DNA of 59,386 nucleotides from a virus. Its lineage: Duplodnaviria; Caudoviricetes. The stretch covers positions 1 through 59,386 of IMG/VR virus record IMGVR_UViG_3300011335_000447. One strand, given 5' to 3'. Positions within the stretch are counted from its first letter, which is position 1. Every line of letters starts with the position of its first letter. Positions 28,196-37,077 of the stretch are shown one piece after another. The notes beneath the pieces are model-generated. The model had not been told where the DNA came from. It was given only the letters and a program-made list of their open reading frames with translations, and searched no databases. A program made the translations under genes and the position numbers.

Positions 28196-28734
28196 AAAAA
28201 CTATTGATAGCTGCTTCTGTGTTGGGGCTTGCGGCTCCCGCGCAAGCGACCACCATCCAGGTCTGCACAGGCGAGTTCGCTCTCTGCGCGGCCAGCCCGA
28301 CAACTCCTGTCGCCGGTCAGACCATCACCGTCAACGGTAAGGTGTTCTCTCTCGGCACCTCGGTTTGCCCCGTCCTTAAGGGACCGGCATTGGCCGATAT
28401 GGACCTGACGGGTGGCTCATGCGCCAACCCCGGTCCCGGTAAAGTCTGGAGCTTGTTCCAGCCCCGTGACAGCTACCCACAAGCGCCGACTTGGGCTGAT
28501 GCTCCGGCAGCGTTCCGTAAGTTCACGACGACGACAGCGGCTGGTGGCGGCATGTCTAACATGTTCAGCTTTCCCTGCACTGTCAGGCCAAACAAGATCA
28601 ACGGCACGAAGCTTGCCGATTGCTATGGCCCAATGAATGAAAGCCCAACTGGCGTTGCGGTACTTGCCGGTACTGAGGTAATGACGCAATCACCGGCTGG
28701 TGCGGCTGATCCTGTTGGTGGGCCAACGCCGTAG
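28192..28734 (+). CDS. Secreted Cys-containing protein
   Basis: Signal peptide MKKLLIAASVLGLAAPAQA; six Cys. Confidence 0.7.
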   Translation: MKKLLIAASVLGLAAPAQATTIQVCTGEFALCAASPTTPVAGQTITVNGKVFSLGTSVCPVLKGPALADMDLTGGSCANPGPGKVWSLFQPRDSYPQAPTWADAPAAFRKFTTTTAAGGGMSNMFSFPCTVRPNKINGTKLADCYGPMNESPTGVAVLAGTEVMTQSPAGAADPVGGPTP

Positions 28735-29387
28735 TGCTGAAACGCAGGATCATTGCGAAGTTCTTAATCGAGGACGGCAAGCTCGTTAAGTACAGACAGT
28801 TTACTTTTGACCGACGAACGGCTGGCAATCCGACAACAACTGCTAGGCTATACGAAGACTTGCGTGTTGATGAGATGTACTTCTGCGCTACAAACGTAAT
28901 TGACCCAGCCATGATACGGGCCGTGACATCTGAAGTGTTCACCCCCGTGACCGTGGCTGGGTCTATTCATTCCATGCGTCAAGTGGACGAACTGATTCAA
29001 GACAGCGGCGCAGATAAAGTAGTCGTTAAAGACGCTGATCTTGGGGAAAAAGTCGCTCAAAAATATGGTCGTCAGGCCGTGGTCTGGCCTATTGACTATC
29101 ACACTAAGTGTGTAGAAGATGTGCCCAGTTGCGCAGGTGAAGTTCTGTTAACGGACATTGACCGCGATGGAATTGGCAAGGGGTTTGACTTGGACGTATT
29201 GAAGCGCCAGTGGAATGTTCCGGTTGTGATTGCCGGTGGTTGCGGAAAATTAGATCACGCTTTGCAAGCGTTCAATGCTGGCGCTGACGGCGTTGCGATT
29301 TCATCCATGTTTTTCTTTACTGATAAATCACCAATCAAACTCAGAAGCTGGCTTGTAAGCGAAGGCGCAGCCGTGAGGACTACATGA
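28734..29387 (+). CDS. HisF-like cyclase subunit (WbuZ/AglZ type)
   Basis: MLKRRII, LVK..QF, GNP, DE, GADKV, IDRDG.GKGFD, AGGCG. Confidence 0.85.
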   Translation: MLKRRIIAKFLIEDGKLVKYRQFTFDRRTAGNPTTTARLYEDLRVDEMYFCATNVIDPAMIRAVTSEVFTPVTVAGSIHSMRQVDELIQDSGADKVVVKDADLGEKVAQKYGRQAVVWPIDYHTKCVEDVPSCAGEVLLTDIDRDGIGKGFDLDVLKRQWNVPVVIAGGCGKLDHALQAFNAGADGVAISSMFFFTDKSPIKLRSWLVSEGAAVRTT

Positions 29388-29427
29388 CTCGTACAACCGA
29401 AGAATTTAAAAGAATTGGAAATTAACA

Positions 29428-29697
29428 ATGAAAAACTTACTTGAACAAGTCTATGGCCGTTATTCCAATCTCTTTGACGAACTTGAGGCTGTTGCGATCA
29501 TTCTTCTATCCATCGCCATCTGTACATTTATCGGCGTTCTTGCTGCGTGGGTTGGTGATTACTGGTGGGGTGTTCTGGGTCGGCTTGGCATCAACTCTCC
29601 GGTCAGTTGGATATGCGGCATGGCGCTGGGGTTTGCTCAAGTCGTAGCGTGTGGTTATTTTTGCGTTCGGCGTTTGCTGTTGGGCAGGTGGCTGTGA
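29428..29697 (+). CDS. Membrane protein
   Basis: Two hydrophobic segments. Confidence 0.5.
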   Translation: MKNLLEQVYGRYSNLFDELEAVAIILLSIAICTFIGVLAAWVGDYWWGVLGRLGINSPVSWICGMALGFAQVVACGYFCVRRLLLGRWL

Positions 29698-29933
29698 GCG
29701 AACCAACAGAAATGGAACTGCGCGTGGCGAAGGCTATCACGCGAGAATGCCAACTCGCTAAAGGCGACCCAGTGCTAATGGCCCGCGCTGCGATCCGCGC
29801 TATGCGCGAGCCTTACCCTGAGATGGCCGAGGCTGCGATACGAACGTTTGTCCGAGAGAACGGCGGCATTGAACACGCGCCGTATATGACTTGGCGGGCT
29901 ATGATCGACGCGGCCTCGCCGCAGGAGGAGTGA
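29694..29933 (+). CDS. Hypothetical phage protein
   Basis: ARAAIRAMREP..EM..A...WRAMIDAA motif; GTG start. Confidence 0.7.
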   Translation: MSEPTEMELRVAKAITRECQLAKGDPVLMARAAIRAMREPYPEMAEAAIRTFVRENGGIEHAPYMTWRAMIDAASPQEE

Positions 29934-30295
29934 TGAAGCCCACCAGTGACGAAGCATACGCTGCGTACCAGGAGCGCAAGCGCACCAACCCTGAGTACAA
30001 GGCGAAAGCCCGTGAGCGGACAGGGGAATGGATCAAGGACAACCAAGAGAAGCGCATGGCGCATAAGGCAGTTAGAAGCGCTCTTGGTAAGGGGCTGCTG
30101 GTTAAACCGTATTGTTGTGATGACTGCGGCGCTCGAGCCAAGGTTATTGACGGGCATCACGACGACTACACCAAATTACTTGAAGTTAGGTGGCTATGCC
30201 GGTCTTGCCACATAACCGCGCATAACCCAAATAAGAAGCCACCGAAGTGGGGTCGTACACCCCGCGCAGCCTCGCCGCAGGACGACAAGCCATGA
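29933..30295 (+). CDS. HNH-type endonuclease-like protein
   Basis: CDDCG...GHHDDYTKLLEVRWLCRSCH..AH; SD aggagg. Confidence 0.8.
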   Translation: MKPTSDEAYAAYQERKRTNPEYKAKARERTGEWIKDNQEKRMAHKAVRSALGKGLLVKPYCCDDCGARAKVIDGHHDDYTKLLEVRWLCRSCHITAHNPNKKPPKWGRTPRAASPQDDKP

Positions 30296-30543
30296 CCACC
30301 CCTCAAAGTGAGCTTGAGGCGCTGACGGTGCGTGGCCGCACAGGCAAGCGTCATGCAATGTTTGGTCCGTTGCCGATTAACGCAATTCTCACCGCGCTTA
30401 AAAATTATTTGATACCGCAAAGCTGCGTAGTGGTGTGCGAACGATATGCGGCTAATTATTGCGGAATGAATGCGCATTTTGAAAGCGGTGTAACTCGCTG
30501 CACATACACCGATTGCCCCCTCAGATTGAAGGCCACAACATGA
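30292..30543 (+). CDS. Cys-rich hypothetical protein, paralog of 31467-31739
   Basis: MTTP, ILTAL, CV.VC, DCPL shared. Confidence 0.6.
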   Translation: MTTPQSELEALTVRGRTGKRHAMFGPLPINAILTALKNYLIPQSCVVVCERYAANYCGMNAHFESGVTRCTYTDCPLRLKATT

Positions 30544-31376
30544 CCACCCCCCGCGAGGCGCTTTATGTGATCGGCTGCTCGTGGGGAAACGATAGCCTTG
30601 CTGCCGCGCAATTTTTGAAAGAGCAAGGCATTAACAATGCTATTTGCCTGTTTAACGACACCGGTTGGTCAATGCCAAAACGTGGCAACCATGAGAGTTG
30701 GCTTGATCGTGTCGCTAGATTGGAAGCCTGGGCGGTGTCGGTTGGATTTGGCGTTGCTAGGACAAATTCTGTTGGTATGGAGGCTCTTGTTCGGCAACGC
30801 AAAGCATGGCCGCGCCAGGGGATGCAGTTTTGCACAGAAGAATTAAAAATAAAACCGACGATTAAATGGCTTGAGGTAAACGACCCAGACAGGCGTGCAG
30901 TATTTGTCAATGGAAAACGCCGCGCCGAAAGCATCAACAGATCAAAGACCGTCGAATGGATAGAAGATAGCACCTCTCATGGTGGCCGCAGGCTATGGCA
31001 ACCTCTATATTTGCATGATGAAAAAATGCGTGACGCCCTGATTATTCGTGCTGGTCACGATGTGCTGCCGCACAAATCCAAAGAGTGCATGGTCTGCGTG
31101 AATGAGAACCGTAAAGGTTTACGCGAAACGCCGGAAGTTGCGATTGTGACAATCGAAAGAATTGAAAACTCAATCCCGCCTAGCAAAAAAACAGGAAAAC
31201 ATAAAACAATGTTTCGGCCAGCGAGTAAAATGGGAGCGTGTGGAATTAGAGAAGTGGTTGAGTGGGCAAGGTCAGACCCAGGCAGATACAACCCAAATCA
31301 ATATGATTTATTGGCCGCGATAAACGGCCCAAGCGACACGGATACGGGCTGTGACGCTGGATATTGCGCGTCATAA
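30540..31376 (+). CDS. PAPS-reductase / PP-loop family protein
   Basis: SWGNDS, FNDTGW, FCTEELKIKP, GKRRAES.NR, ECMVC. Confidence 0.8.
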   Translation: MTTPREALYVIGCSWGNDSLAAAQFLKEQGINNAICLFNDTGWSMPKRGNHESWLDRVARLEAWAVSVGFGVARTNSVGMEALVRQRKAWPRQGMQFCTEELKIKPTIKWLEVNDPDRRAVFVNGKRRAESINRSKTVEWIEDSTSHGGRRLWQPLYLHDEKMRDALIIRAGHDVLPHKSKECMVCVNENRKGLRETPEVAIVTIERIENSIPPSKKTGKHKTMFRPASKMGACGIREVVEWARSDPGRYNPNQYDLLAAINGPSDTDTGCDAGYCAS

Positions 31377-31379
31377 CAA

Positions 31380-31739
31380 ATGAAACACGCACCAGATTGC
31401 GATTGGCATTGCGACCAATATTGGTGGGAATGTACGTGCGGAATTGAAAAAGGAAGGATTGCCACTGTGACCACCCCCCGCGAGGCGCTTGAGGAACTTG
31501 ACGCCGCTTTAGGTGGAGTAAAAAGCACGGCAGTTGATCGGTACGAGTCTGTTTATTCGATGGACGTTGACGAAATCCTCACCGCGCTCGCCCCTCACTT
31601 TCTACCGGCGGGATGCGTGGCGGTGTGTAAGAAGTGCAAATCCCCAGAACAATCTAAGTTCTTCGCGGGCGCATATCACTGGTCATGGTCGGATTGTAAA
31701 CAAATAGACTGCCCCCTCAAACCGAAGGACACGCCATGA
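31380..31739 (+). CDS. Cys-rich hypothetical protein (alternative GTG start at 31467)
   Basis: Strong SD aaggaagg before GTG 31467. Confidence 0.6.
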   Translation: MKHAPDCDWHCDQYWWECTCGIEKGRIATVTTPREALEELDAALGGVKSTAVDRYESVYSMDVDEILTALAPHFLPAGCVAVCKKCKSPEQSKFFAGAYHWSWSDCKQIDCPLKPKDTP

Positions 31740-31951
31740 ATGACACCCCCGCGCCGAGGTTCACGGCTGAACAGTTCAAGAGCGCATCAATAGCGATACG
31801 CATGGCAACGCCTGACCAGAAGTTCGCCATGAACACCCTGGCCGATATGTTTGCCCAAGCCGCCGCCGACCTCGCAGCCGCGCCGACGATAACGACTTGC
31901 CCCGGCCCGACTAACAACGACATTCCCCCACCAGCGATGAGCATCACATGA
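31736..31951 (+). CDS. Hypothetical protein
   Basis: ATGA-coupled. Confidence 0.55.
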   Translation: MNDTPAPRFTAEQFKSASIAIRMATPDQKFAMNTLADMFAQAAADLAAAPTITTCPGPTNNDIPPPAMSIT

Positions 31952-32289
31952 CCAACCCCACATACACCGCAGAGCAGATGCGTGATGCGCTGAGACACCA
32001 CTCATCAGCCATCGACCTCTCAGTTGTTGATAACATGCTCCGCCAAGGCGCGGGTGCGATGGAAGAAAACGCGGAACTAAAGAAGTTTATAGCGTCTGGA
32101 ACGGCGGTGATGCTGACAGATTGCAACTCAATTGTAATCACACTCAAAGAGCGCGTGAAGGTGCTGGAAGATGCGGTTAAGGACGCAATAGACCACATGA
32201 CTTCTGACGGCCATGAAGGCCAGATGAAAGATTGCTGGATGTGCCTACTCGTTGAACGCATGAACGCAGCCCTCAAGGAGACAAAATGA
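31948..32289 (+). CDS. Hypothetical coiled-coil protein
   Basis: ATGA-coupled. Confidence 0.6.
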   Translation: MTNPTYTAEQMRDALRHHSSAIDLSVVDNMLRQGAGAMEENAELKKFIASGTAVMLTDCNSIVITLKERVKVLEDAVKDAIDHMTSDGHEGQMKDCWMCLLVERMNAALKETK

Positions 32290-32810
32290 TTGCCTCTCTC
32301 CCGATCCACAAGTACGTCTGGGTTGACTCCAGCTTTATCCGCACTGATGCGGAAGGCTTTGAGCCAGCGGTGTGGTTCGGGCTGGTCAGCCAGTATGGCC
32401 GCGCCTGGGGGCTGAACGTCATGCTGGAGTGCGGTGCTATCTACCGCAGTTTACCGCCCCATGCGGTGGCGTTCTGCAGTGACCCAAAACCAACATGGGA
32501 CGTAACCGACGCACAGTTATGGGACTGTTACGCCGATAAGTTCCAATTGCATGAGTATGCGTATCTGAGAGAGTCCCGTGTAAAGACTGGCAAACATAAT
32601 GGTGTCTACCTGTTCACAGCAGCTTTCATTGACGATGCGTTTACACGCACACCAGAGCAAGGCAAAGAATTTAGCTTTATCGAGTTAACGAACGGACGCC
32701 TGACGATACAACCAACCAACCGCACGTTGTTTGAGGACAAATCATTCACGATAGACACCGGCACACCGAAAGACTTGGTGACTCAAAACACGGTCTGGTC
32801 GTGCGAATGA
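32286..32810 (+). CDS. Conserved hypothetical phage protein
   Basis: GAIYRSLP.HA, QLWDC, GVYLFT, L.NG....QPTNR. Confidence 0.75.
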   Translation: MIASLPIHKYVWVDSSFIRTDAEGFEPAVWFGLVSQYGRAWGLNVMLECGAIYRSLPPHAVAFCSDPKPTWDVTDAQLWDCYADKFQLHEYAYLRESRVKTGKHNGVYLFTAAFIDDAFTRTPEQGKEFSFIELTNGRLTIQPTNRTLFEDKSFTIDTGTPKDLVTQNTVWSCE

Positions 32811-32953
32811 CCGTTACCCCTGCCAAGTTCATCTGTCTACGTGAACACCCTGAAAACGCACGATGGGGTTTGGGATGTGGGCGTGAGTGGACTGGAACTG
32901 CTAACTGAGGTTGTCCGTTTTGCAGCGCGTTTTATGTGAAGGAAATTAAATGA
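32807..32953 (+). pseudogene. Zn-ribbon mini-gene interrupted by in-frame TGA (32906-32908)
   Basis: C..CGREW..*GCPFC..YV; ATGA overlaps at both ends. Confidence 0.55.
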
Positions 32954-34035
32954 CTTTATGGCCGTATCATTCTGAAGATGAAATCAACGCCGTTGTTGAA
33001 GTGCTTCGCTCTGGTAAAACAAATTACTGGTCAGGTCCAAACGGGCAAGCGTTTGAATCAGAATTTGCTCAATTTACCGGAGCGAAGCATGCTATTTCTG
33101 TTACCAACGGCACGACCGCGTTAGAAGTTGCGCTTCATGCCATTCAAAACCCCAATGCGGAGGTTATTGTTCCGTGTCGAACGTTCATGGCAACTGCGAG
33201 TGCGGTTGTCACGGCTGGAATGGTCCCGGTTTTGGCGGATATTGACCCCCAAACGCTGAATGTGAACGTTGATTTGCTTGAAGATCGGCGCACACCCAAC
33301 ACTTTGGCTGTGATTGTGGTGCATTACGCGGGTTTGCCGTGTGATATGGAGTCGATTTGCGCTTGGGCCGAAAAACATTCGATCATAGTCCTTGAGGACT
33401 GCGCTCACGCGCATGGTTCTCGCATAAACGGCCAGCACGTTGGCACTTTTTGCTCGATTGGGTGCTTTTCGTTCTGCGTTGGCAAGATCATGTCCACTGG
33501 CGGCGAGGGTGGCATGGTTATTACGAACTATCCCGAGGTCCATAAGCGCATGGCGGCACGGCGCGATCACGGGCGCTATCAGATGATGGGTTCTAAGGAC
33601 ATGACCCAGTTCCAATGGACTGTTGAGGAGTATGGAACAAATCTGCGTATGACTGAAATGCAGTCTGCGATTGGCCGGTTGCAGCTACAGAAGTTGGACG
33701 GCTGGGTTCGTCGGCGCAATGCGATAGCCAATCGGTACAATTTGATTCTGGATGGGATTGATACGCCAAAGAACGTCACACACGGGCGTTACCTTTACAT
33801 GGCGACAATTGATGACCGTGATGCGCGTATGGCCCGTTTACAGGAAATGGGTATTGCTGCGCGGTTGGGTGGTTGTCCGAACATTGGGCATGAGGCGGTG
33901 TTTGGCGGCATGGCGGCGCATTGCCCAAATGCAGATGCCGTTGGCGAGCGGACTATTTCATTGCCGGTGTATCCGACAATGACGAATGATGAAGTCGAGA
34001 AGGTGTGTGACGCGGTGAAAATCGTATGCGCCTAG
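32950..34035 (+). CDS. DegT/DnrJ PLP-dependent sugar aminotransferase (PglE/LegC-like)
   Basis: NGTTAL, EDCAHAHG, SFCVGK, GEGGM, NLRMTEMQSAIG. Confidence 0.92.
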   Translation: MTLWPYHSEDEINAVVEVLRSGKTNYWSGPNGQAFESEFAQFTGAKHAISVTNGTTALEVALHAIQNPNAEVIVPCRTFMATASAVVTAGMVPVLADIDPQTLNVNVDLLEDRRTPNTLAVIVVHYAGLPCDMESICAWAEKHSIIVLEDCAHAHGSRINGQHVGTFCSIGCFSFCVGKIMSTGGEGGMVITNYPEVHKRMAARRDHGRYQMMGSKDMTQFQWTVEEYGTNLRMTEMQSAIGRLQLQKLDGWVRRRNAIANRYNLILDGIDTPKNVTHGRYLYMATIDDRDARMARLQEMGIAARLGGCPNIGHEAVFGGMAAHCPNADAVGERTISLPVYPTMTNDEVEKVCDAVKIVCA

Positions 34036-34496
34036 ACGACGAAATTGTTCACACCTACCGACAGTCCCGCAAGTGCTTTTTGGCTGGTGATTTGAAGGGC
34101 GCGGAGTATTGCTACCGTGAAAACAGGAGAGAGCATGGCATTGATTTATATTATGAGGTGGATTTGCCTCAACACCTTATGTTTGTTCACCCTGTTGGGA
34201 CTGTTCTTGGTCGAGGTGTTTATGGTGATTATCTTTGTGTTTACCAAAATGTTGGAGTTGGTTCTAACCTTGATGGGTCGCGTCCTACGCTCGGGCGCGG
34301 AGTTGTACTTTTCCCTGGATGCAAAATTCTGGGAGATACAAAGATTGGCAACAACGTATTTGTCCAAGCCAACACGGTAGTCCACAACAAGACGATCCCA
34401 TCGAACTCAATTGTCTACCCTAACAACGGCGGGTGTACTTACGATTTGACGACAAAAAATGTAATTAAAGAAATCTTTAAGGTGACTCATGGTTAA
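34026..34496 (+). CDS. Left-handed beta-helix acetyltransferase (serine acetyltransferase-like)
   Basis: HPVGTVLG, YQNVGVG, hexapeptide repeats. Confidence 0.75.
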   Translation: MRLDDEIVHTYRQSRKCFLAGDLKGAEYCYRENRREHGIDLYYEVDLPQHLMFVHPVGTVLGRGVYGDYLCVYQNVGVGSNLDGSRPTLGRGVVLFPGCKILGDTKIGNNVFVQANTVVHNKTIPSNSIVYPNNGGCTYDLTTKNVIKEIFKVTHG

Positions 34497-34641
34497 ACGT
34501 ACAAAAAAATTAAGAATTAACATTACTATTACGCCTGAATTATTAAAACGTATTGACGCTATTGTTACTTCTTACGAACGCAGTCGTTTTGTTAACGAAG
34601 CGTGTGTTGAAAAATTAAATAAAAGAAAAGAAATTAAATGA
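34489..34641 (+). CDS. Ribbon-helix-helix DNA-binding protein (not in ORF track)
   Basis: RINITITPELLKRID...RSRFVNEA. Confidence 0.7.
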   Translation: MVKRTKKLRINITITPELLKRIDAIVTSYERSRFVNEACVEKLNKRKEIK

Positions 34642-35345
34642 GCGTCCTCTATTTGATTACGGCTCGGGGCGGCTCAAAGGGCGTGCCGAAGAAGAACCTC
34701 CGCATGATTGGCGGATTGTCATTGGTGGGCTGGAAAGCCGAGGTCGCCAAGCAAGTTATTACACCGGAAGATGATCTGGTGATTTCGAGTGAATGTCCTG
34801 AGATTTTGAGGGAAGCGCGGGATCACGGGGTGTCTGTACCGTTTGTCAGACCTGATGCGTTGGCGACCGACACGGCTTCGTCTGCGGATGTGATTTCTCA
34901 CGCAATGGATTATTTGCAAGGTGACTACAATACGGTTGTGTTGTTGGAGCCGAGTGCACCGTTTACAACGCCCGAGCATTTGGTGACTGCGCTAACGATG
35001 AAAGATGCGAAGCAAGCGCACCTGATTGTTGGGATGAAGCACACCGAGCCGCACACGACCTTCATTGGCGAGCAGCCCGACGATGATTTTGTCACGCCAA
35101 TTATTGTGAAGATGGATCGTGTTGGCCGCAATTTGCGTCGGCAGGATTTAAAGCAAGAGTGGACGATGAACGGCGGGTTGTACGTTTTTGATGCGAGTAT
35201 GTTTAAACACAAGCGGTCCATTTACGGCGGAGCCAGGAACTACGGCTTGTTGATGGACCGTTGGCACAGCATTGAGATTGATTCGATGCACGATCTGGAA
35301 ATGGCTCAGTACGCTTTCAGCAAGGGATATGTGAGTTTACCATGA
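34638..35345 (+). CDS. neuA: CMP-nonulosonic acid synthetase (NeuA/LegF family)
   Basis: ARGGSKGVPKKN, FVRP..LATD, NGGLY, SIEIDS..D. Confidence 0.9.
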   Translation: MSVLYLITARGGSKGVPKKNLRMIGGLSLVGWKAEVAKQVITPEDDLVISSECPEILREARDHGVSVPFVRPDALATDTASSADVISHAMDYLQGDYNTVVLLEPSAPFTTPEHLVTALTMKDAKQAHLIVGMKHTEPHTTFIGEQPDDDFVTPIIVKMDRVGRNLRRQDLKQEWTMNGGLYVFDASMFKHKRSIYGGARNYGLLMDRWHSIEIDSMHDLEMAQYAFSKGYVSLP

Positions 35346-36046
35346 CGTTCATTATTTGTGAGGCGGGGATTAACCACTGCGGCTCTCTTGATCGCGCATT
35401 GAAGATGGTCGAAAGCGCGGCTGAATGTGGCGCTGATGCCGTTAAGTTCCAATCGTTCACCGCGACCGAGTTAGGGTACGAGCCGAAGTTGACGGAGTTC
35501 CTTCGGGGTGTGGAGTTGTCGAAGGACGATCATTTCAAGCTGAAGATGAAGGCCGACAAGTGCGGCATTGAGTTCATGTCCACGCCGTTTGATACGAAAT
35601 GGTGCGACTTCCTGGTTGATGAGATTGGCGTGAAGCGCATTAAGATTTCAAGCGGGAAGGTCAAAGACCGTCTGTTTGTTGAGCATGTGTTGGACTGTGG
35701 ACTTCCCGTGATTGCCAGTAACGGCATGGTTACTGCCAATATGTTTAATAGACATTTTCGTTATAGAGATAAATTTACAGCTTTGTATTGTGTGTCTGAG
35801 TATCCGACGCCGCTTTACATGTTAAATTTCGGAAACATTAAAAAATTAAGTAAAGATTTTCAGCGCGTCGGCTTTTCCGATCATACCGTTGGAATAGAGG
35901 CCAGCATTATTGCTGCTGCATCTGGCGCGTCTGTGATTGAGAAGCACTTTTCATTAGATAAGACGCTCCCCGGCCCCGACCACGTTTGCAGCCTGGAGCC
36001 TGACCAATTTAAAGAGATGGTCCGACAGATCAGGCTGGTGGCGTAA
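35342..36046 (+). CDS. neuB: Nonulosonic acid synthase (NeuB/LegI family), lacking C-terminal SAF domain
   Basis: EAGINHCG, GADAVKFQ, STPFD, KISSG, YPTP, GFSDHT, IEKHF, GPDH..SL.P. Confidence 0.9.
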   Translation: MTFIICEAGINHCGSLDRALKMVESAAECGADAVKFQSFTATELGYEPKLTEFLRGVELSKDDHFKLKMKADKCGIEFMSTPFDTKWCDFLVDEIGVKRIKISSGKVKDRLFVEHVLDCGLPVIASNGMVTANMFNRHFRYRDKFTALYCVSEYPTPLYMLNFGNIKKLSKDFQRVGFSDHTVGIEASIIAAASGASVIEKHFSLDKTLPGPDHVCSLEPDQFKEMVRQIRLVA

Positions 36047-37077
36047 TGTTGTCTGGGGGGACACGCAAGATTGAGGTGAAGGACTTGCTTTCTCGACGGT
36101 CTGTTGTTTCTGATTTGTCCCCGGTTCACAAACTGGTCAACCAACGGCGCGTGGTCATTACCGGCGCGGGTGGGTCAATTGGTTCTGAACTGGCCCGACA
36201 GGTCTACGCCCTTGACCCGCAATCTCTGACTTTGATCGACAACAGCGAGTACCACCTTTACGCCATAGGTACGGCATTGCCTCACACCAATCGTTTGTTG
36301 GGTGATGTGCGCGACACCAATCGGATTTACGAGATATTTAAGGCGCTCAAGCCGGAGGTTGTGTTTCACGCTGCTGCGTTGAAGCACGTTCCGATTGTGC
36401 AATCCAATCCGATTGAGGGGATTAAGACCAACGTATTTGGCACGCAGAATGTGGTTGATGCTGCGATTGTTGTGGAGGCTGAGACGTTGGTGATGGTATC
36501 GACTGACAAGGCAGTTAATCCGGTGAGCGTGATGGGGGCGACGAAGCGCGTTGCCGAGATGTACGTTCGGGCCGCTGGGTACAGCGTTGTGCGGTTTGGG
36601 AATGTGTTGGGTTCTTCCGGCTCGGTGGTTCCATTGTTTGAGGCGCAGATCGCCAAGGGTGGGCCGATCACGCTGACCGACGAGGACGTTGAGCGTTATT
36701 TCATGACGATTGATGAGGCGGTTGAGTTGGTGTTGTTGGCCGCTACGGGCCAGCGAGCAACGTATGTGTTGGACATGGGCGAGCCGGTGAATGTTGGGGC
36801 ACTGGCTCGCGACATGATCCGGTTGGCGGGGAAGATGCCCGACAGTGAGATTAAGGTTGAGTTGACGGGTTTGCGCCCAGGTGAGCGGCTTCACGAGGAG
36901 TTGTTTTACTCCAAGGAGACGGTGAAGCCGTCTGGCATGGGCGGGATATTGTTGGCTGATTCGGTGGTTCATTCCAACGTGGGGTCTGCGATTGGCCGGT
37001 TGGAGGAGTTGGTTCGGATCGGATTGGTCGAGGAATCATTGGCTGTTTTATGGAGGTCTGTCCGTGTCGGGTCGTAA
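36046..37077 (+). CDS. UDP-GlcNAc 4,6-dehydratase catalytic domain (PglF/CapD/WbpM family)
   Basis: TGAGGSIGSEL, HAAALKHVP, STDKAVNP, RFGNVLGSSGSV, GLRPGERLHEEL. Confidence 0.92.
   Translation: MLSGGTRKIEVKDLLSRRSVVSDLSPVHKLVNQRRVVITGAGGSIGSELARQVYALDPQSLTLIDNSEYHLYAIGTALPHTNRLLGDVRDTNRIYEIFKALKPEVVFHAAALKHVPIVQSNPIEGIKTNVFGTQNVVDAAIVVEAETLVMVSTDKAVNPVSVMGATKRVAEMYVRAAGYSVVRFGNVLGSSGSVVPLFEAQIAKGGPITLTDEDVERYFMTIDEAVELVLLAATGQRATYVLDMGEPVNVGALARDMIRLAGKMPDSEIKVELTGLRPGERLHEELFYSKETVKPSGMGGILLADSVVHSNVGSAIGRLEELVRIGLVEESLAVLWRSVRVGS

Noticed and set aside
28734-29387. Histidine biosynthesis auxiliary gene
   Set aside because: Context and N-terminus fit the glycan-amidation HisF paralog; no other his genes
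30540-31376. Sulfate assimilation CysH
   Set aside because: Divergent PP-loop, no CysH C-terminal ECGLH, no other cys genes
36175-36972. 265-aa minus-strand ORF
   Set aside because: Antisense shadow of the dehydratase, H/R/Q-biased
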